A stretch of DNA of 64,000 nucleotides from Haplodiscus bocki (GCA_965655095.1 OZ296648.1:48670001-48734000), one strand, 5' to 3'. Positions 26,539-40,830 are shown, numbered from the stretch's first letter. Numbers and translations: made by a program. Notes: generated by a model from the sequence alone, not told the origin.

Positions 26539-29066
26539 ATTACATCAAAGTAAACCAACGATTCGCGAAGCTCATTCAAGATCGTTTGGAGAGCAAGGAA
26601 AGGTTGAGCGGCAAAGAACAGATCTGGAGCCACAGTCTACCCCTGGTACACGTGTCTGGAAGTCCAGTCGTGGAAGAAAATAAAGATATCGAGCCAATTG
26701 AAGTCGACCAGATTAAACCTTTCTCTCTCAGAACAGACGACCAGGACTCAACGATCTTTAGAAACTTCAAGACTAGAGAGGGTGAATACTGGCAAGAAAT
26801 TCGCCCAGAGTTTTCCCAGATACCTCTCACATCTAGCTTGCGAGGTTGCCTGTGTGCTAAATTAGGCAACAAACATCGTTTACTGGCAGTTGGAACTGGA
26901 CGAGGAGATATTTTAGTTTATGACCTCTTTCAGACTCCACCGCTCGCGCTTTACGCCGTAGCAAACCGTTCTAGTCCTCAGTTTCCTATCGAAGCAATTG
27001 CGTGGTCGCCGGATGACACTCAACTTCTTTGTCAAAGAAACCAGTCAATGACTTTGTACAGCTTACAGAAATCTTTTACACTTCGAGAACGCGAGTTAGA
27101 TTTATTAGGACTGGAGTTTAAAGCGAATTCGCTGTTCAAACCTTTCCATCTTCACGAAATCGTGACGTTAAACCAAATGGAAGCTGACTTTGTTTTTCAA
27201 CGAGGTCCCATTGCTGAACAGAGAACGGATGACAAGGTTTACGCTCTGGGTTTGTTCAAGTTTCATCCATCTTGCTCTTTAACCGGATTAACATTCTCAA
27301 TTGTTGCTAGTTTGGAAAATGGAGAGGTCCAGAAAATTGATCTGGAGGGCAGAACAATGGCAAAACCGAACAGAACAGAACAACCCCAAAGTTTAACAAA
27401 AGTGGTTCACTCACCTATAAAAAAAGAGACCAGACCAAATTATATAGGTCAGGATACTGAAAGTGAGGTCTTCAGAGGCCATAAAAATCCTCTGATGCTT
27501 ATAGCATTTGTTTCAGCGGTCGGGGACATGATAACTTTAGATGAGCGTGGGTACCTTTTCTGGTGGAGATACTCCAAAAATTCGTTCTTGGATGGTTTTG
27601 AGCCATACAAGAAGAATAAATTGATGCTTGAAAAAACAGTATATGTTCCTACGAATTCCCAAACCCCGCCTAAAGTCATTTTTAGCCCCTTCAGAGCCAA
27701 TAGCAGAGGGAAAAGAGTTGCTATTCCAGCTGATGAGCTGGAGATATTGAAAGAAAAGGTAGAAATGATGCTGTTTCTTAGAAGCATCGAAGAGAAAGAG
27801 ATAATATGGCGAGACTTAAATCAACTTGAGAAAACCATTTCGAAACGGTATCCAGCTCATGCCATTTCTAAATCAGGATCAGATTTCTTTACTATCACCA
27901 GACATCTGGAGGACCTTGAGTTGGTGAAAGTAGTCAAGGAAACTCTCAGGCCTTCTAAGGTTCAAGCTGTCAGGCTGATGGAAGCAGAAGTCACACCTGA
28001 TGGTGATGTGTTGGTATACATGGCGCTATTTGAAGCGTCGAACTCCAACGAACCTCATTTATCATTTTTTGCATATGATTTGGAAGAGAAGAAATCTTTG
28101 AACGTGCGACTTGATATTAAACTCACTAAAAGAGAATTTGACTTCGTAATTCGTGGAGATGTTTGTTCTTTTGAAACAACACGGCCTTTCGAAGCAACAT
28201 CTACCGCGTATATAATTGTAAATGTTCTTGGAGTTTTACAGGGATATTCTCTAACCACAGGCACACACTTGATGACCCTTAGCAATGAACCTTTCATTGG
28301 TCTGAACTTATCAGAATATCCCAATTTACCCAAGACATTTCTTCGCCTTAGTCCTTCTGCAAATATTGTTGTCGCTTCGCCCCCTAAACTTCACCGCATC
28401 CTCATTATAGTGTACGGGCCCAAAGAAAAAAACGTCTCAATCATGTCACTGCATGACTATAACTCCCCAGAGACCCGAAAAGCAACTTGGTTGGCTTACA
28501 GGACCCTAGAAATGATACAGCCACAGAAGATCATCAAATACGACCCTGATCAGAGGATTAAACAAAACATGTGGACGTTAGATGGAGAAGAGTTTATAGC
28601 CGCGCAAACTGCGTGCAAAACTATCGTTTTAGATATAGTAGACGCAGCTGTAGATATTGCATTCTTCGAGAGATCCAGGGACCAGGAGCCTGTACCTCAA
28701 TTTGACCAGTCGGGTCAACAGATTGTGGATGACAGAGGTCAACCGATATTAGTGGCTCCGAAAAGAGGCTACCCGGAGGACTACGAAACGCAGCGAAAGC
28801 TGCAACAAGACAAAAACAGACAAACTGCACTTCAATCTATCTCCAATAAAAACTTTTACGGCGATACAACGGTATACTCCAGTCCCGAAGAAATGCTTGT
28901 GGCCACTAAAAAAGCTGAGAAGATGAGAGCGAAGGCATTGAAAAAGCAATTACAAGAAAGGAGCGGGCAAAATGGCAATGATGTAACAGGTGCTGAAACT
29001 ACCAATGGGAACAATGCAGCGGACGCTTCAGAACCACCTCCTCCTCCTTCCCCTCTGAATGATTAA
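26539..29066 (+). CDS. Host gene terminal exon; WD40/beta-propeller-like protein (spliced product at least 1114 aa)
   Basis: Acceptor aatttcag|AT at 26538/26539, phase 1, continuing into the 826-aa ORF. WD-like segments LLAVGTGRGDILVYDL, IEAIAWSPDDTQLL and VFRGHKNPL...ITLDERGYLFWW. It is the only long intact ORF in the window. Confidence 0.85.
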
Positions 29067-32000
29067 CTTCGAATTTTTAGGCATTAATTCTCAACTCACT
29101 GTTTCATATTTCAGAACCACGTCTCTCAATTTACTAAGAATATCTTTCCAAAATGTTTGCACCAATTGAAATGTTACGTGGAATAGATGTCGCAACACAC
29201 GTCCGTCACATTGCGTGAGGACTTAGCAGATCTCTAAAAACAACTTTATTTGTGGAAATCTCACAACTACTATAAAAGCGCGTCATTATGTGACAATTAG
29301 GACAAATTTCGTTTCAAAATTGCACTAGGATAAATACCGCCTAATGGAGCAAGTAAGTAACAGCCTCCTAAAAAGTCTTGTTTTACATATAAATGTCTTC
29401 AATATGAAAACTGTGGGTAAGCACTGTTGGTGGTATATTGTTCATTTCCGCATTTTTAAACATTGGGCTGCAATTAGTTCTAAATAATGGTTTGATTCAT
29501 AAAAACTATGACACACCGTGCTTAAACCACGAATTTCAAATAACAAAAACAAACTTCAGTCCCTGAAAATCTTATTCCTGGTTTGTGATAGTGACTGTTT
29601 AAAAGAAAATTAGTTGTCGTCAGTTGACGACCAAAAGTCTCGATGTTATGTAGAAGTTGTGAAAACCATTTTATGGCTATTCAAAAGAGCCATAATTTGT
29701 CTCAATTTGTATAGATTCACACTTTTAGGAAAAAATATTGAACAATTTTGTCCCAATCGTTCAGTATAAAGTGAATTGTCATACGACAAATCGAATTACT
29801 AAAACAAGGGTCACAAATTTCGCTGAAATGCTTTTTCTTTCAACATTATTAGAAAGTTAATTTAATTTTTTGTTCCGAAAAAACTTTTATCCAAGCGTTT
29901 ATATGCATACCGAAACAATTGCACAATCGCCGAATTTGGCTGAGGCAACAACCCAGTGGGAAACGCCCTGCCAATGTATGGCTAATTCCAAGAAACTGAT
30001 GTTCCCACTGGATTTCTTGCCCATGAAAATCTCACCTGCCCAAGAGGTGCCTAGAAAGCTTGTAGAATCGAGTAGCGATATATCAGGCAGTTTTCTCCTT
30101 ATCAGGAACAGGGAAAGCGGAAAGCGTCTGACTTAGGTTTTCATACACAGTTCTTCAATGGGTCTGTCCCAAATCAATTGTCATTATAGTTGGATTGCAA
30201 AAAATTATGATCCTCTAAGCATAGTCTGACAAATTGAATATCAGAAAAACACCTCCGCATAAGAGTCGTATTTTTGATTCGTAACCGTCAGTTGATTCTC
30301 TGAAAAATTTCCCTCACTTGAGGGCAAGAATCAGTCGAGGTTATACAGAGTGCGTCGAAGCTATTTAGTTCACCTCAAAACATCACAGTTTGTATTTTTT
30401 GCATGGGCATAGGTTTCCAAAGAAAATTGAGGACATTGTTACTGACGTCATCAGCATAAAATGAACTGTCCCACGACAACTCGAAAAATTAACGAAAGAC
30501 TTCCAAAAATTCTATGAAGTAAATTTTCTCGAAGAATGTTGGTCGAAACCACAGCCCGTTTTCTGTTCCGCAAAACCTTTTCATAAGCGTTCATATGCTT
30601 ACCAAAACAGATGAACGGCAGACCACTTCCTCAGAGACCACAGCGTGACAGGCGAGGATGTGCCGTTATACATAGGGTGTTCAGAAACAGCTGGTGTCCC
30701 TAGTCGACTATTTTCGAAAAATTTTTATTACGTTTCCAATGAGTGCCTACAACGCTACTGGAATGCGGGAGTGAGAAATCAGACACAGTTATTCCGTTAT
30801 CGGGAAAATTTTAATCTGCAGACTTTCTGCTGACTTTCCCGTTTCTTTGTTTGTTTTTACAAAGTATTGAGAAAAAACAAAATGTTTGGTAAAAACTATG
30901 ATCCATTGTGCTCAGCGAAACGATTTGCAATTTAATAAGAAAAAAAACATCTTTATCGGAGAGTGCGTATACTGGTCTCTCAGCTCCAAAAAATTCCATA
31001 AGAACTCCAAGTCTTCAATTGTGGTCCAAAAAATATTGAGATATCACATAAATTGTGTATATTTTCTGGGGTACCTCAAAACACCATAGCTTGTCTGATT
31101 TTAGAAAGTTGTGACATTTTTAGGAAAAGAACTGAGGATCTTCGATTGTAATTCTTCAATGAAACGTCAAAAAAAATAAGAACTCAAACAAAAAGTTAGC
31201 TTTCCTTGATAGGTTCCTCTCATTTCCTCAATGAGTGACTAGACATCTACGACCGTGAAGCGAAACGTCAGGCAGTTGTGTGGGTATGACAGAAAAAACG
31301 TTTCGGAATTATTGCTTCCTTTCACATTTTTTGGGTGATTTTTCGAAACAGATTGAAACCAGAGTTTGATTATTAGAAATTATGATCCGTTTGTGAGCTT
31401 TCTTTCACCTGTTTGTTACTTTTTCTTATTCCGGGAAAATGAGGTGGCTTCATTTGTGCTGCAAATTCTATTGTGGCTGTACATAAGCTATGAAAACCTT
31501 TTAGTGCGTCCCAAACTGCTTTAAGTTGTCATATTTCATAGAAATAGGGCACAATCAGGAAAAAAATTGGTAAATGTTTAGTTCTAATTTTTCACTATAC
31601 GGAAATGTCCTATGAAAAGTCGAAAAACTAACGAAAAGTTTGCAAAATTCCTCTGAAAAGTCGTTTCCTCCAAAATTTTTAAACGAAGGAGTAACCGGTA
31701 TTCTGTTCCTAAAAGCACTCAGTTCAGCTGCTGATATGCGTATCAAATTAGCTGCAGCGTAGCCGTCTTTGGCAGAAGCCAGGGCGCAGCTAGAGCCTAT
31801 GCTTCCATGTACCTCGAGTGGTTCTTAGCGGTTCATCTTCTCAGGTGGTTACCTTAAAAAACTGTTCCCACCTTACCAATGAAAGTCTACAATACTACAG
31901 CGACCATCAGGCCAAATTTCCACAAGCTGTTTGTGCCGGGGGGGAGAATGAAAAATGTTTACGATTCTTTCACATTTCTTTGTTTGATTTTTCGAAAGTA

Positions 32001-32919
32001 GTTTGAAATCATAGTCCATTATCTCGCTTTTAGGATTCAGGGTCGCCTCCGAGAGTCCTTTTAATAGTCTGTAACATTAAAATTCTTTTGTTCAGAACTA
32101 GTGGCCTTAGGTGATAGCCAAATCTTGAGAAGTAGTGCAGAAGCTATGAATGTTTTCTGGGGCGCCTTAACTGCCATAACGTGTCTTGTTTTAAACAAAT
32201 GAGGCAGAAACAGGATAAAACGTCGGTAGATGTTCCGATCGAATTTTACAGGTTTTACTGAAATGATTGACAAAAACTCAAAATAAGAATGATGCTCTAA
32301 AAGATACCTGAAATTACGATAGTTTTGTAGAGAACTGAATTCTATATTTTTTTTGATTTTGTTATTCCACAACGGAAATCCTATGCAATAGTTTAATCAC
32401 TTTAGTCGTTTCAAAGCTAACCCAAAAATCCGTTTGTCTGATTAAAAATTTAAAACGACTCAAAAGTCGTGTTTTTACACGACCTACATGTACATATTAA
32501 CCTACCTGTGATTGTAGTTATCTTTGGTTGTGCAAAATAGGTCAGTGCATATGCGAAAAATCATGAGTATAAAGAAATCATCTGTAGCAGCTGCATTTGG
32601 TACACAAATCGAGAGTGTAGAAGAACACACGTGCATGCATACAAGCAACTAAAATGCTGCAAACTCTCTCTTCTTTAGTGTAGTGGCTATTTTGTGAACG
32701 CATTGACGAAACTTAAGATTAGTCCCCCGTCTTCGCCCGTTAACGAGTAACCCATGAAACTAAGGAAGTAACTGTCTTCATGAAGTTCCTTGAAAAAATT
32801 GAATTGCTAGAGGGGTTGATTTGCAAGGAAAGTTCACTCAAAAAACATGAAAGCGTTGGACTAACGAGTTGGCCTGTAAAGCTTTCTTTGACATTTTTTA
32901 GGGTACTAAGTGTCCCGGA

Positions 32920-35900
32920 GTTGGCTGTCGATGTCAAGCATCTGTGTTTGTCATCGAATGTGAACTAAAGCAACTGTGGTATCTTTTCTTGGAAGCATTG
33001 CATGATTTGGGCTACGGATATCCTATTTATGTACTTTTTTAGAAAAATCTTTTGTCACCAACTTGCCAATTGACACATTTCAGATACTTATCAGGCTTTT
33101 TTGTTTGTCGTGTAAAGTTTTCCAACATTTCTAGTTTCATCTCATTGGTGCTTTGCACCCTTCGCATCCCTCCTCATCATTTGTATTTCAATATGCTTTT
33201 GATCTAAGAGCTACAAAGTCATTTTTAGTCGGAGATATAGGCATCTTCCTAAAAAAATTTCCTGAAGTTTTTTTGCTTTTGTTACTGAAATGAGTTTGTT
33301 TTTTGAAGTTGCTACAATCAAAAATAACCTCCAAAAATTGTATGTTTGGAAACGAAATCGGTTGTCCTAATACTCAAAAGAAACGAGTCCAATATAAATG
33401 TTGTAGTTGTGAGTTGGCTTCTTCGTTTAGATCGAAGTAGGATTTCAAGTTATCATAACAGGTTTGATACATTGAAAGTTTCAAGTGTTACAGAGGTGTG
33501 TAACCTAAGAAAAAAGGTGTACCAAAGACAACTTCCTCTTTCAAATGTATAGTCATCATAACTAAAGTCATCGGTCTCTGAACAATCATGATAGGTTTCC
33601 TCATTATTAAAAGTTATTTTACTTTGCCAATTAGTTGCCGTCATTTCCTTACCTTCCTTTTGCCCATCACTACCCCAAGTATTGGGTAGCAACTTTACAC
33701 TTAATTTTTTCCTAAAGTTCTTGCTTGTCTTCCCATAGAAAGCTTTGTCCAACAACTTTTAGTTTTCTTGTTCGCATCTACACCTTGTTGCTGCTCCCTT
33801 GTTTGTGTTTAGAGAATGTATTTTTCTGATCACAAATTTTGTTTAGATCCAATCGTTCCAGTATACTTTTGTTATGCATAACTTGCCTTTCTGAAAACTT
33901 CATATGTCTACGATGCATCAAATATTTTTTTATCAATCCAATCACAAATTAATTCAGCATGTAGTTTTTAGTCTTTTGGTTTGATAGATAGTCTTTTTTC
34001 AATGTACTTATCCATAAAAACTTTTTCATTTTCAAACGCCAAGAAAATTTCTGTTGTTTTTTTATTTGTCTTTTGGTAAGGCATACCAACTTCAACGAAA
34101 TATCCAGTTTCAGCATTTTCATGAAAACTTTCTGATTTTATTCCAGTTTTCAAACTTTTTGCTTATGTATGGTAAAGGGTAGCTTTACGCCTAGCCGTAT
34201 AGGTTGCTTGCACTAATACACATCAATTCTTGAGAGGAGGCCGTGTAACTGTAACCTATTTCGTTTGAATTACCTGCTTTAGTATTTCTTTCCAATAACA
34301 GAAAGAATTCTTGACATTGAGTTTGCTTTAGTCTGAAACCAGTTGTTTTTAAGTCACATTGCCAAGTGTATCCAGGTAAGTTACCACAAAATATTGGAAA
34401 TTTTCTGAAACACTAAATGGGAACTATGAATTTTTTTTCGAAAACTTCTGCTGAAAGTGCAAAACCTTATGCCATTCACAGTGATAAAAAATCTTTACCT
34501 GCTTGTAAACAACATTTATTTTTTCTCCATTTTAATTAAACTGTTAAAAAAAGCGTCTGTCGTTTTTACTAAGAATTTGAACTATCACTGAAATAAACTC
34601 AGGCTGATTAGCGTTTTTGTGGCACGTAATATGAGATTGTGGCTTATGTTAACCTATTAGATGACGTTGGTCTCCTACCTTCCTCCCCGTTGTTTTATCC
34701 GCAGGAGTTAGGGGAAGCAATGAAGTGATTTGTTGCTCACAAAGCGATCATTCTGTTGCATTTTTTCATTTTTTCTAGCTGTTTCTCACATCAAGAGAGG
34801 TTTATGGGGCAAAAAAGAGTTTCAATAAGCATTCGTTTTCGTTTCTAAACCTACTCTTCCCTAAGAAACGACTGAACGTTATCAAACCCCAAATGTGATG
34901 ATATCCAGAAACTAACGAACCGTCAGGCCCCTGAGAATCAAATTCAAAATAGTTTCTCTTTGCTACCTGGCGAACAAATGAATCAAGGTAGCTTTAATGT
35001 GTCTCCTTCATGATATGAACTCGAACAAATTCAACCAACATAAGTCTTACTCTGATTGCTTGAGGAAACAAGCAATTTTGTATAAAAACGTAGAAAAGTT
35101 TTTCTACCACAGGAGGTCAATCGGGTCAATTTTAGTAACCCAATTAAGCTTTGAGCTAGAAACTAAACAGGAAAAAGTTTGCCTGTTATTAAGCAACCCC
35201 ATGAAAAGGGCATAATTGCAAAACGATGTTTTTAATTTCTTTCCTGCGTTCTAGTCAGGACTATCTTCGAAGGTTGAGCTACCTCTCCTGTTTAAACATT
35301 CTAAATTGAAACCACTAAAGTGAATTTCCATTTTCTTGTTTTTCCGGCAGTACTTTTTGAAAGCTGATGGTGGGCAGGGAAAGTCCATAATTCACAATCA
35401 TATTTCTTATTCTGAACGTTTAGAAATTCCTGTTTGTATATGGATGGTTTTCTATAGAATTCTTTTGTCCCCCTCTCAAAGAAATTACTCTTGTAGAGTT
35501 TAAAAGTCATCAGGTTTACTACAATGAAAATCAATCCTGACCCCCATTGCTCTTGATTGTCAATAGCTGTCATTAATTGACATTGAGTTTGATAACTAAT
35601 TGAGATTAAGTTCCATATGGTTTCCACAGTTACACATCTTGGGGCTAACGAATCAATCGTGTTTTTTGTACTCAAAACATTCGGCAAAATGACGATTAAA
35701 AGACGTTTAAAAATCGAAAGATGGTTGTTCTATTTGTCTTACAAATTTGGTACATAAATGCTCAATCATATGGTTAATATGGTTTATCTCAGTTTTGTCA
35801 AAAAGGATTGATTCGCTAGCGTTGATTGAAACAATTTATCTTCTGATGGTTTAGTACAGTTATCTTGTTCAGTGATTTAGGCGCTATCAAAATTGGATTG

Positions 35901-36500
35901 AATAAAAAAGAGTAGGGATTTATTCTCTTTCGCTCTTTTACAATCACCTTACTTTTCCTTGAAGCTTTCGTTGCTAGCTTTTTAAGCGTTTTCAGTTCTC
36001 TCGTTCAATGATTTTAATAAACTTTGATAGGTTAGTTTGAAAAACTAAGTGGGTTTTAAACTTCAAATGTTCAACCCAAAAAGTACTTCGGTTATCAAGA
36101 TTTCAAGGTTGTATCAAACCATTTTATCTAACTCTGTCATGGTTTTTGGCAAGAGTTTGGTATCTTAAAACGTTTTCATTCTTTTGCTAATCACACTTTT
36201 TTTGAATGCTCCACATTTCACTTTAGTTTCTACACGTTTGTATTGTCCTGAAATATGGTTGGAGGTTTTCAAATAGCTTCATAACCTTTTTCTCATCAGT
36301 TAATATACATGTTCGGAACTTTTTATGGCACCATTTTCCAATATTTGACTTTTCTCAAATTTTTCGTAAAACCACTGTAATGAAAGTTGTCACGACATAC
36401 GTAAAAACGTTTCATTACTTTTTGTTTTTAGGTCAGTTTACAATTCAAGTTCATTTCAATTGACTTCATTCTTTCTTAGAAATGTGAGAAGCTGCCTGAA
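32920..36500 (-). pseudogene. Protein-primed family B DNA polymerase
   Basis: Colinear motifs: NLPGYTWQC, ISASNLYG*A*SYPLP (motif A, DxNxLY), GYFVEV, LICDWIDKK, LDKAFYGKT (motif B, KxxxNxxYGK), LDSFLLS (motif C), FVALRSKAY, FDDKHRC. Confidence 0.85.
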
Positions 36501-36529
36501 TAGCCCAAAAGTGTTGCAGAGAGAAGACA

Positions 36530-37380
36530 ATCGAAGGAACACTCGTGTGTGAAAGTTCTTCTAAGCTGCTTGAGAAAGTTTACGATACGAACAAAGCAAA
36601 AATTTTGAGAATCGAGGGTAATTGCAACTCAGATTCATCGGACATAGAAGACTATGTTCTGGAGATAGTACAAACTTTCAATAAATCTTTTGTTGTTTCT
36701 GGTGAATTCAGCTAGTTTGAATGCACACTTTACTCAAAAGTCAAAAATTCCACCAGTAACGAATGCGCCAGCCATATCTTGCAACAAAATAATAGGCTCG
36801 GAAGGACTAAAAATTGATCGAAATTGACGACAGAGCAAAAATTAAAAAACAGAGACAACAGCCTGTTGAAAGACAAAAGTATCGAACGGCTTTGTCTTTA
36901 CACATCAAAGAACGCCGTTTCCAATAGAAGGTTTAATAGAAATTATCGAGAGAAGTCAACAAAACTCGTTTTTAGAGGCTGAGATGCCGATTGGAGAGTT
37001 GCTTCACTTACCATAACCAAATCATATAAAAATACAGATCAAAATTCAAGGAAGAAAACGCTTCTTAAAACTTTTCGTCAAAAGATTGAAGGACAGTTCG
37101 TTTTAGCTCCCTGAGAATCTACGGAATTTACGTCAGAAATAAAAATCTAAGTTGAAACGAGGAGATTATGTTTTAACGGCTGTTTTGAAGGGAATCTTCT
37201 CAAAAAGTGATTCAACTAATTAGTTCTATAAATTTAAAACAAATACTGCAGTTTTCAAAGATGCCATCCCTGCCTAGAAAATACAAAGTTTTAGGGAGTG
37301 GTAAAAATAAGCATTTTTCAAAATCACAACTTTGTCAATGAAACGTATTGATAAAGTTTTGCTGACTTTAAAGATTAAGT
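36530..37380 (+). pseudogene. Polinton rve integrase
   Basis: NAVSNRRFNRNYR...DADW...TITKSYKNT...KLKRGDYVLTAVLKGIFSKSDSTN. Homologous by eye to 6194-7000. Confidence 0.8.
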
Positions 37381-37389
37381 AAAGGAAAT

Positions 37390-38620
37390 TAATTCAACAT
37401 ATTGTTGCCTATCACTGCTAATAGAACTATTTTTTTCAAGACTATAGCATAACCACCTACTCTTGCAATCACGTCTACAGAGAAACTAAACTTTATTTTT
37501 ATTGATTGTCAAGAAGAACGTTCCATCTGACACTTTACTTCAAAATTATATAAGCTACATCGAAATCAAAAGTAGCATTACCAGCAGCATTAACGTTAGT
37601 AGATGTGAAGTCATGATCAGACATATAAAGTTGGGACACAGCAACTTCAAAGAAGTGTCTAAAACATTCTACACTACGGTCCTGGCGTGGTGAATTTTTT
37701 TTATTGTCATAGCTTAAGTTTACACGATAATCGGAGTTTTTCTCCATTCCGATGTTGCTTCATCCACTTGAGACGGGCGTCTTTAGAAACAATCCTTCTG
37801 CCGCTCTTGACTGTTCACTCAATCAATTTGCTCGACGGCCATAATGACGTAAATGTCAACAATAAATCCACTTTGTACCCCAAATTGGAAAGCCCATTGA
37901 CTTTCTGTATATACTTCGATCACAAATGCAGATCTTCGATTATAAGCTGTTTCATTGGGTGCTTCGAATTTATCAGGCTCCGATAGTTTAATTTGCTACT
38001 CCAAATTGGGTGGGTAATGTACTACAGACCAACTAATGGCTTTTATCACAACCTCTTAATCGGCACCACCCTCCTGATTTGTTACAGCAGTAGCATGCTT
38101 TCTTCGCAATGTTAAGGTAGTACGTAATACAAAAAGTATCTTCCTTTGGTTCAGTTTAACCAAAAACATCCCTCAACATACTTCTCACGTATTTTTTCCA
38201 TCAGTTGTTGTATTACTACGAAAACTCTCATTGCCTACGTTGGCAGTGTCACAGTAAATTTCAATAGACATTTCGATTCCATCTTTCGATGTTGTTAGAA
38301 AATTGTACATCAGACGTATACTTTGAGAATGGTCGATATTTTCATCATTAGTAAAATTTTGACCGAGCACTAATATAACTAATCTGGTAATAGATCCATG
38401 CTCAAATCTAGCGTTTTCATCAGCACGGATTGCATCAAAAAGTAATTCTTGATGAATTCTCGATCTTTCAAAGGGTAACTGTATTTTCTCTAGAAATAAT
38501 ACTTGACATCTGTTAAATAGCAGTGTTCAAAAGATTTAGATCTGTTACTGTCTATATCATACAATCATACTTCATCATTCTTCGTTCCAACATATGAAGC
38601 TGATACAATTGGATACAAGA
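37390..38620 (-). pseudogene. Major capsid protein (double jelly-roll) remnant
   Basis: About 400-codon decayed gene: LMYNFLTTSKD, LRDVFG, YVIMAVEQID, LYMSDHDF..FDFDVAY, KIKFSFS...GYAIVL. Size, position and C-terminal pattern fit Polinton MCPs. Confidence 0.65.
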
Positions 38621-38639
38621 AAATGTCTAAAACTTCTGG

Positions 38640-39490
38640 AGTGGAACGATGTTCTTTTGAAGATACGCCTTCTTACTCCAATAGCTCAACTGATATGGCA
38701 AAAATTTATCTGTTTATAAACATAAAATCGTTTCTTCCCTCTTTTCCTCTCAATGTTAGACGTAGGTTTTCACAGAGTTGATTAGGGTCAGCAGGCATCC
38801 ACTTGGTGCACCACCATGTGACCCCAGATGCCCTAATTGAAGGTTCTTAAAGCAGTGTTCTGGCAAATCTATTTCTAGTGCTTTTTTTAGCTCTGTAGGC
38901 AGCATCAATATTTTCTTGAAAAAAATCAAGTGTAGGTGTATTTTTTGGTGAGCCTTCTGCATTTAAACCTACGGTACAATTAAAAACAGCTGTCATATAA
39001 CCGAGATCTGCTTTTAATTTAAGCACGTGCCGGTGTCGTCGAAAGTTAACACCTTGCCGCAAATGGTAACAGACCCATTAGTTTTTTTTAGCAGGTCAAT
39101 CGATTTATCTGAAACAGGATCATCCAGTATTCGAAATCGGTTTTGCACTTTCCGGCTGATTGGCATCAACTACATGTCTCACTAAACAAGATGATTTTAC
39201 AACCGTTTTTTTTCAGTAATCCTAATGATTTCTCAATGGGGTTTCCAGGGGCTTTTTTTGAGCTGAATATCTCATGAACTGTTTAAGTTGTGTCGAATTA
39301 ACTCAGTTGTGTTTGGAACCGTCACCGTGAGAGTTTCGAAAACTTTTTATCATCATAATGAATTTTCTCCCTATGAAATTTTTCTTGCTAGCTTTGATCT
39401 TTCACTTGAGTTTTCTTTGAGGCCAATTTTCGAGCGGCTTCTAGTTCAATTTCAAAACTTTTTCTTTGTAATATCTTTTAACTGTTCGAA
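38640..39490 (-). pseudogene. Conserved Polinton gene of unknown function
   Basis: C-terminal MPADPNQLCENLRLTLREKRGRN...ELLE matches the DPNELxxRLxLLxxxxxAGN motif common in Polintons. Confidence 0.65.
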
Positions 39491-39494
39491 ATAA

Positions 39495-40050
39495 CAAAAA
39501 AGGTTTCGTTTTAAAATTTGTTTCTTGATACTTCGTCTTGCTTCCGTTATGAATTCTACACTCTCCATCATCTTTCTTTTTAAAAAGGTTGATGTATAGG
39601 TGATTGAAGTCTTAATTTCATCGCTTACGACAGAAAGCCTTGAATTAATCAAAATGAACGTCATGTCCGGCAATATCTCTATTGATTCTCAACTTAGTTC
39701 AAAATTCGATCAGAGTTTTTTTCCAGCTACTCTTGTTTCTAATTGATCTTTTAGGGAGAAGGAAATATGATAAAGTTGAAAAAGAAACTTCTCAATCTGT
39801 GTCTCCGTTTTATTAAAAAAATGGAGCCATTGCGTTCTGGGAGGAGTCAAGTTTATCACCGAAAACTTTTTTTACCGCCTTCATAAGCATTGCTTGGAAA
39901 AACCTTTTCTGCTCCTCCCTGAAGCTTTACTTGTTGTTATTTCATCGCACATTTTCTAAAAACGGTTTTTCACAAAACTGGCTACCATCTATTTTCTTGA
40001 GAAAATCGTTACGATTTTCTTTCACCGGATAAAGTTCGTTGAAGGCTCAT
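39495..40050 (-). pseudogene. A32/FtsK-like packaging ATPase remnant
   Basis: VFGD (Walker B-like), FIKRRH (arginine-finger GRH-like), and C-terminal INRDIAGHDVHFD*FKAFCRKR*N*DFNHLYIN. Walker A is degraded. Confidence 0.65.
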
Positions 40051-40279
40051 TATTTACCACACACAAAAACCGCATACTTTAGATACCTTGATTATTCCTC
40101 GAAAGACTTCTCCGGATGGATCCCAAAAACTAAAAAAGTTCTCGGGTCGTCATAAGAAGTTTATGGGTTACCAAAAAAGGGGCCTAACCCCTCGGGGCTT
40201 CAAACCAACAAAAATCGTCCGATCTCTCAAAGAAAGGCCCGTCAGCAACTGACATTTTACCTAAGTCAATGAATGATCA

Positions 40280-40830
40280 TCAGAGTGTTTGTTTTGGAGT
40301 TTGGGGTACAAAAAATTCATTTTTTTTTCGTTTACCACAGTTCACATAAAATTCCAGAAACTTCACGTAAAGATTGATATTCTTCTATATCGAACACGCC
40401 ATTTTGTAGGTTTTTTTTACAATCCATCAAAAGTGTTCATAGATTGTTTGCTTAATCTCAATTTGTTGTGGCAATTATGTATGTTACCTAAAGTTTATTG
40501 TATGTAGTACTTAATCACTATTGTTATCCAACAGGCTACGTCAATCATCACAAACACCACAATTAAGCCAACTTTAGTAAAATAAAGACAATTAATGAAG
40601 GAGGTGCAGACAATAATGGCAAATGTATCTACTTTTTTAAATATTTCATACATCTCTACATTTTTAGATTTTTTCCAACTCTTCGGTTTTCGGTTTTCTA
40701 TTCCGTAATCTTTTCGGTGAGAGTTTTGATAAATTTCTTGGAGAAACTTTTGTCTTTCAGTTTTTTAAACCTTTTCTCGGTCTCTGAAGGAGACCCTGAG
40801 GTACCATGGGACACCAGGAGCGCTGATGGA
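40280..40830 (-). pseudogene. Small putative membrane protein of the Polinton
   Basis: Hydrophobic stretch VDTFAIIVCTSFINCLYFTKVGLIVVFVMIDVACWITIVIKY between Lys-rich flanks. Confidence 0.45.

Noticed and set aside
26576-28949. Minus-strand ORFs overlapping the large exon
   Set aside because: Antisense shadows with no independent support.
29870-30830. DNA transposase remnant (also 21700-22300)
   Set aside because: Coding-like, but no catalytic motif could be identified.
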